Source: Macrostomum lignano
Taxonomy: Eukaryota
Length of the DNA stretch: 64,000 bases
NCBI GenBank assembly: GCA_002269645.1
Contig: NIVC01000038.1
Location: 806,001 to 870,000, forward strand
Reading direction: 5' to 3'
Of this stretch, positions 59,430 through 64,000 are shown piece by piece. A program made the translations under genes and the position numbers. A model generated the notes under the pieces. That model saw only the letters and a list, made by a program, of their open reading frames with translations, ran no database searches and was not told the origin of the DNA. Numbering within the stretch: position 1 is the stretch's first letter; every line of letters begins with the position of its first letter.

Positions 59430-62400
59430 TTACAAATTGGCCGACAAATCATGACTATTATTTGGCAAATTGGCCGACAAAACATGACTATTACATTGAT
59501 TATTCCTATCAGAGTCTAAGTTAATCCTATCGCTATTTCTACTTTCAGGTCGCCTCTGCGTTTCAACTGTAGGAGCGGTTGGAGCTTCGCAAGAATCATA
59601 CGGCAGTGACTCAAGCTCAACTCTGTTCTCCATAACTTCAGGTTCGTGGATGCAGACTTCAGTTGGACGCGCGCTTGGCTGAGCGGCTGATCGGAGTCGC
59701 CAGCGATAGGCGGGTCTCGTGTCCAGGTCGTCATCTTCTTCGTCGGAGTCCTCAGAGATGGCGGGGAGTGTCGCAGCTCCGGCGTCAGCCTGTCGAACTC
59801 GGCGATGCTTCTTCGGTTCAGCTGGCCCTTCGAGATCTGCAATTGGATAATCTGAAGTGGGTACAAGGAGGAGGTTCCGGCGATGAACTACCATTTCGTC
59901 CGGTCGTTCTCGAGGGTGTCGAACCTTCCGTCGAATCTTGTAGACGACTTCTCCTTTGCCTTCCACCACTTCATACAACGATCTCCTTGGCCTGTGGAAA
60001 TTCGCTGCTTCGTCTTCGTGTAGGACCGGATTGTTCAAGAAGACGAGATCTCCCGGCTGTAGCTTCTTAGCTGCTGGTCGGTTCTCGTAGTGCTCGTCTC
60101 GCGCTTGCTGATGCAGGCCTAGCCGTTCCTTTGCGAGGTCCGTGGCGTGCTTGAGGCGTTGCTGAAACTCTGCGACGTAATCAGGCAGGTTGGAATACTC
60201 CGGGAGTAGCTTTAATGAATTGTCTAGAGGCATCCTGTATTCTCGGCCATAGACTAAGAAGTAAGGCGTATAGCCTGTGACTGGATGAACGCTGGATCGA
60301 AGAGCAATCATGCACGCTGGCAGAAATGTGTCCCAATCGCGATGATCGTGCTCGAGGAGACATGTCAGAATGCTCTTGATCTGCTTGTTCAGATTTTCTA
60401 CCAGTCCGTTGGATGCTGGGTTGTACGGCGTCGTTGTCGTGTGCCTGATCGCGTAGAGATCACAGAACTTCTTGAAGGCGTTTCCTGTGAAGTTCGTGCC
60501 TTGATCCGTGTGAATCCAAGCTGAAACTCCGTATTCTGGAATAAATCGGTCCTGTAACAATCGGATAACGGTCTTAGCTTTCTGATTTCTCATCGGATAA
60601 GCTATCGGAAACTTTGATGTCGCACAGCAGAGTGTCAGGATGTACCGATGACCTCCTTTGGACGGTTGCGCAATCGGTCCGATCACATCCATGTGAAGTC
60701 TTCCTAAAACTTCGCAGACTGGAAAACTCTGCACTGGCACTTGCTGTTTTCGTCGTGACTTGCTCTCTAGGCAGGTTCGGCATTTGCTGACGTAGGTCTC
60801 AGTGGCTCGGACTAGACCTGTTCGCCAGAATCTTTCGCGCACACGTTGGGCGGTCTTTCGCTGTCCTTGGTGTCCTGCTAAAGGCGAATTGTGGAGCTCG
60901 TTAAAAACTTCGTCGTCGTCGAGTGCTTCTGGTAAGACAATCTTCGGTGGAGTGTCTTTTTCCTTCATGTTGATCATGAGTAGATCTCGCTCGAGGAATA
61001 GTAACTCGTAGTATCCTAGCAGATTCCGTTGCTCTCTGCTAAGTCGTAACGCTGGTTTCGGTTGATTCTCCTTGATCAACTTGTAAACGTAGCCAATAGC
61101 TGGGTCATCCTGTTGAGCTTTGATGAGCTTGTCGCGCGGCAACGGCGGCTTCAGATGATCCGTAAGCAATGCTCGGCAGCGCGGCAGACTTTGAGAAGTT
61201 GCGAGCTGGGGAGATGCTTCAGCTGTACGTACTCTGTTCTCCTCGTATGCAGACTTCGTCACCTCTGCATAGGAACGCGTCAGTTTCGGCGTAGGACGAA
61301 GGCGCTTCATGGCGCAAGACATATCGTCCACGCGTTGATAATGGGTGGTCGGCTGCAGGCTCATGGAAGAGCAACGAGACGGCTCGACCTGCTGAGTCTG
61401 TCGGCTCATGGAAGAGCAGCGGGACTCCTCAGCGGTAAATTTTTGACCGAGATCTGAGCAGTGGCGCTCGACTGGGAGGGCTGCTGGAGCGGTGGCCTCC
61501 GGATCTTCGTCCAAGTCAGTCTCCAAACTCTGTAGGTAGACCTGATGGCTGTCGTTGGAGAGGGCTGAGGGTACAGTGGCCTCTTGAACTTCATCCAGAT
61601 TGGTCTCCTTGAAGTGACGGCGAGCGTGGGTGGCTCGGCAGAGGGCTGCTGGTGCGGTGGCCTCTGTGTCTTCATCCAAGCTTACTGTCTCCTGGCGTTG
61701 GCGCGAGCAGTGGAGAACTCGGCAGAGGGCTGCAGGTGCGGTGGCCTCTGGTTCGTTGTCCAAGTCGGTCTCTGCCTCTGGATCGCGATTGTGGGTCTTG
61801 ATTGAGAGGGCTGCTGGTGCGGTGGCCTCTGAATCGATGCCCGGATCAATTTCCTTAATGCGGCGACACTCACGCTGAGTGGTGTCTCCTGTCTCCTCGC
61901 GGTGGCAAGCCAGGACAGCGTCGACGTCTTGGAGTACTCCGTAATCGCATTCTAACGGAGGCGTGTCCGGGCGTCTTGATAGCGCGTCGGCGTTGGTGTG
62001 GTCAGTACCCTTGCGATGGGAGATGGTGAACTGAAATTCGCAGATCCTCTGGACCCATCGACCTAGAATCCCTGTAGATTCAGTCTGACGTAACAGCCAG
62101 AGCAAGGCCTTATGGTCACTTCTTACTTCAAACTTCTTTCCTATTAAGTATTCTCGAAAGTGTCGCATGGCATCGACGATAGCCAGTAGCTCCCGCTTGG
62201 TGACCGTGTAGCGAACTTCCGGGTCACGGAGCTTGCGACTGAAAAAGGCGATCGGTCGTTCTATTCTATCGGATTGCAGTTGTCCTAGACATGCACCGAT
62301 TCGGGTGTCGGATGCGTCGGTATCCAGGATGAACTTGACCTTCGGATCCTCATTGAACTCTGGGAGGGCGAGTACTTCGGTTGAGCATAGCTTGCTCTTC

Positions 62401-63992
62401 AGAGTCTCAAAGGCAGTCTGATGCTGCTGCGTCCAATGACGCTGGAATCCTTGCAGGTCCTTGCGTGTCAATGCGTGTAACGGGGCCGCAATGCCCGAGT
62501 AATCCTCGACAAACTTCTTGTAGTAATTGGCGAGACCAAGAAAGCTTCGTAGTTGACGAACAGTCCGAGGCGTTGGCCAACTGCGTATCTGCTCAATCTT
62601 GTCTTCGCTTGTCCGTAGGCCTTCCGGCGTAATCACGTGGCCTAGATAGTGGAGCTCCTTCTTGAATAAATGGCATTTCTTCGGCTTTAGCTTCAAGTTG
62701 GCGGCTATGATTCGGTTTAGGACTTGTCGTAGACGGTCTAAGTGATCTTCGAACGTCACTGCGTGTACAACGATATCGTCCATGTAACCAAGAGCGGCCT
62801 GCGGTGCTAGTCCTTCTAGCAGTTGGTTGATACAACGCTGGAACGATCCGGGGCTGTCGGTGAGTCCCATTGGTAGCACCTTGAAGCAGAATTGTCCACG
62901 ATCGAGCACAGAGAAGGCGGTGATGTCCTGGTCTTCCTCTCGGAGAGGGATCTGGTAGAAGCCTTGTACCAGGTCGAGGCTTGAGTACCACTGCGCTCCT
63001 TTGAGTTTGGCAAAAGTTTCCTGAATGTGCGGGATCGGGTACGGATGCTTCAGCGTCACATCGTTGATCGCTCTGAAGTCGTGCACAATGCGAATCGTCT
63101 TGTCCTTCTTTGGCACTAGGATCATCGGCGAATTGTAACTGGAGTACGTTGGCCGAATGATGCCTTTCTTCAGCATATCGTCGAGCATCTGATCCAGTTG
63201 CGGTCGTAGATGCGGAGGTATCCGGCGAGGAGGAATCGCGATTGGCGTCGAGTCTGTGAGCACAATCTCATGAGTTACCAGGTGTATCAATCCGTGGTCC
63301 AGCGGAGTTAGGGAAAATGCCTTCTCGCATTCCTTGAGTACTTCCTGAACCTGGTGCTTCTGGTGGCTGTTCAGCTGGTCTCCGACGTCGACCTCGTTGA
63401 CCCAACTGTCAGTCGTTTCTTCAGTCGTTATCAGTTGACGGACTTCTGGCTCATTCGACTCGCTGAAGTACTCGAGGTCCTGGGTCTTGAGTGGCGTGGC
63501 TACTCCCATTAGCATGTTGCGACGCAAGTGACCCTCCGTGTCTGATGGGTTGAGTACTTCCATCACTCCTCGACCTTCTATCATCGTGTGCAGGACCGGG
63601 GCTGCGTCTAACTGGTGATGCTTCGCTCGCAGTCCTGATTTGAGCGGTTCGATTATCATCGGTGAACCGTAGTTCTGCTGATGACCTTCGGCTAGTTTAA
63701 TGGCGACGAGGCAGGAACATTGAGGCGGCAGAGTGCATTTTTCAGCGACGTACACTCGGCAGGCCTTCAGTTCTCTCCTTGAATAGCGTACCGGAAGTCG
63801 AGTGCCTTGTCGGAATGTGAGCATTCCTTGCTGGAAGTCCAGTCCTTGGCAGTGACTCCGCATGAAATCGATTCCTAAAAGATTTTCACAGTCTCCTTCG
63901 GCGACGAAGAATTCGGTTTCCGCGACATAGTCCCCGAATTCAATTGATAGGATAACCTTAGCGGCGAGACTTAACTCGGTCCCGTCGTACAT
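59430..63992 (-). CDS. pol: Pol polyprotein of Gypsy-2 (PR C-half, RT, RNaseH, IN); uninterrupted for at least 1520 aa, start outside the window
   Basis: LLGIDF (PR), YSSLDLVQGFYQ and YMDD (RT), LDTDASD (RH), HNSPLAGHQG..CRTC, MDVIGP, TDQG, NGLVE (IN). Confidence 0.97.
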   Translation of the reverse strand: MYDGTELSLAAKVILSIEFGDYVAETEFFVAEGDCENLLGIDFMRSHCQGLDFQQGMLTFRQGTRLPVRYSRRELKACRVYVAEKCTLPPQCSCLVAIKLAEGHQQNYGSPMIIEPLKSGLRAKHHQLDAAPVLHTMIEGRGVMEVLNPSDTEGHLRRNMLMGVATPLKTQDLEYFSESNEPEVRQLITTEETTDSWVNEVDVGDQLNSHQKHQVQEVLKECEKAFSLTPLDHGLIHLVTHEIVLTDSTPIAIPPRRIPPHLRPQLDQMLDDMLKKGIIRPTYSSYNSPMILVPKKDKTIRIVHDFRAINDVTLKHPYPIPHIQETFAKLKGAQWYSSLDLVQGFYQIPLREEDQDITAFSVLDRGQFCFKVLPMGLTDSPGSFQRCINQLLEGLAPQAALGYMDDIVVHAVTFEDHLDRLRQVLNRIIAANLKLKPKKCHLFKKELHYLGHVITPEGLRTSEDKIEQIRSWPTPRTVRQLRSFLGLANYYKKFVEDYSGIAAPLHALTRKDLQGFQRHWTQQHQTAFETLKSKLCSTEVLALPEFNEDPKVKFILDTDASDTRIGACLGQLQSDRIERPIAFFSRKLRDPEVRYTVTKRELLAIVDAMRHFREYLIGKKFEVRSDHKALLWLLRQTESTGILGRWVQRICEFQFTISHRKGTDHTNADALSRRPDTPPLECDYGVLQDVDAVLACHREETGDTTQRECRRIKEIDPGIDSEATAPAALSIKTHNRDPEAETDLDNEPEATAPAALCRVLHCSRQRQETVSLDEDTEATAPAALCRATHARRHFKETNLDEVQEATVPSALSNDSHQVYLQSLETDLDEDPEATAPAALPVERHCSDLGQKFTAEESRCSSMSRQTQQVEPSRCSSMSLQPTTHYQRVDDMSCAMKRLRPTPKLTRSYAEVTKSAYEENRVRTAEASPQLATSQSLPRCRALLTDHLKPPLPRDKLIKAQQDDPAIGYVYKLIKENQPKPALRLSREQRNLLGYYELLFLERDLLMINMKEKDTPPKIVLPEALDDDEVFNELHNSPLAGHQGQRKTAQRVRERFWRTGLVRATETYVSKCRTCLESKSRRKQQVPVQSFPVCEVLGRLHMDVIGPIAQPSKGGHRYILTLCCATSKFPIAYPMRNQKAKTVIRLLQDRFIPEYGVSAWIHTDQGTNFTGNAFKKFCDLYAIRHTTTTPYNPASNGLVENLNKQIKSILTCLLEHDHRDWDTFLPACMIALRSSVHPVTGYTPYFLVYGREYRMPLDNSLKLLPEYSNLPDYVAEFQQRLKHATDLAKERLGLHQQARDEHYENRPAAKKLQPGDLVFLNNPVLHEDEAANFHRPRRSLYEVVEGKGEVVYKIRRKVRHPRERPDEMVVHRRNLLLVPTSDYPIADLEGPAEPKKHRRVRQADAGAATLPAISEDSDEEDDDLDTRPAYRWRLRSAAQPSARPTEVCIHEPEVMENRVELESLPYDSCEAPTAPTVETQRRPESRNSDRINLDSDRNNQCNSHVLSANLPNNSHDLSANL

Positions 63993-64000
63993 AGCGACTC

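Larger units (their letters stand above)
52556..64000 (-). mobile_element. Ty3/Gypsy LTR retrotransposon (Gypsy-2), 5' part beyond the window end, interrupted by a Helitron
   Basis: Pol 63992-59430, accessory ORF 59256-58620 + 54167-53884, PPT, 3' LTR. Confidence 0.92.

Overview
Repeat-rich, intron-containing animal genomic DNA. An invertebrate bilaterian is likely; the gene set and repeat style suggest a free-living flatworm such as Macrostomum, but that is inference only. Host genes: (1) the 3' part of a multi-exon MACIT-type collagen (COL13/23/25/COL-99 family, + strand, 10 phase-0 exons, 5325-11849) with an unusual Arg-rich tail; (2) a convergent endophilin-B BAR-domain gene with no recognisable SH3 exon; (3) a DEG/ENaC channel gene with no visible TM2, flanked by inverted degenerate copies; (4) an intronless kindlin; (5) a small helical orphan ORF; (6) a secreted PAN-like/LamG-like protein with one homopolymer frameshift; (7) a GT32 glycosyltransferase. 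Mobile DNA: a DD37E (ITmD37E-type) transposon, a Tc1 remnant, several MITE/foldback elements (one with a telomere-like core), a tRNA-derived SINE, and two related Ty3/Gypsy LTR retrotransposons. Gypsy-1 (40121-50133) is full length, with LTRs identical by eye and a CAGT TSD. Gypsy-2 (minus strand, 52556 to beyond the window end) carries a 4.45-kb non-autonomous Helitron inserted exactly inside its accessory ORF. The most interesting signal is that both Gypsy elements carry a third, non-env, mutually unrelated ORF after pol, each preceded by CCAAT boxes and an acceptor-like site. The reconstructed Gypsy-2 ORF contains NLS-like basic clusters and a splicing-factor-like ULM motif (RRRRSRWDE). Many micro- and minisatellites and a 12.4-copy 273-bp array are also present. 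All calls were made by eye, without database searches.
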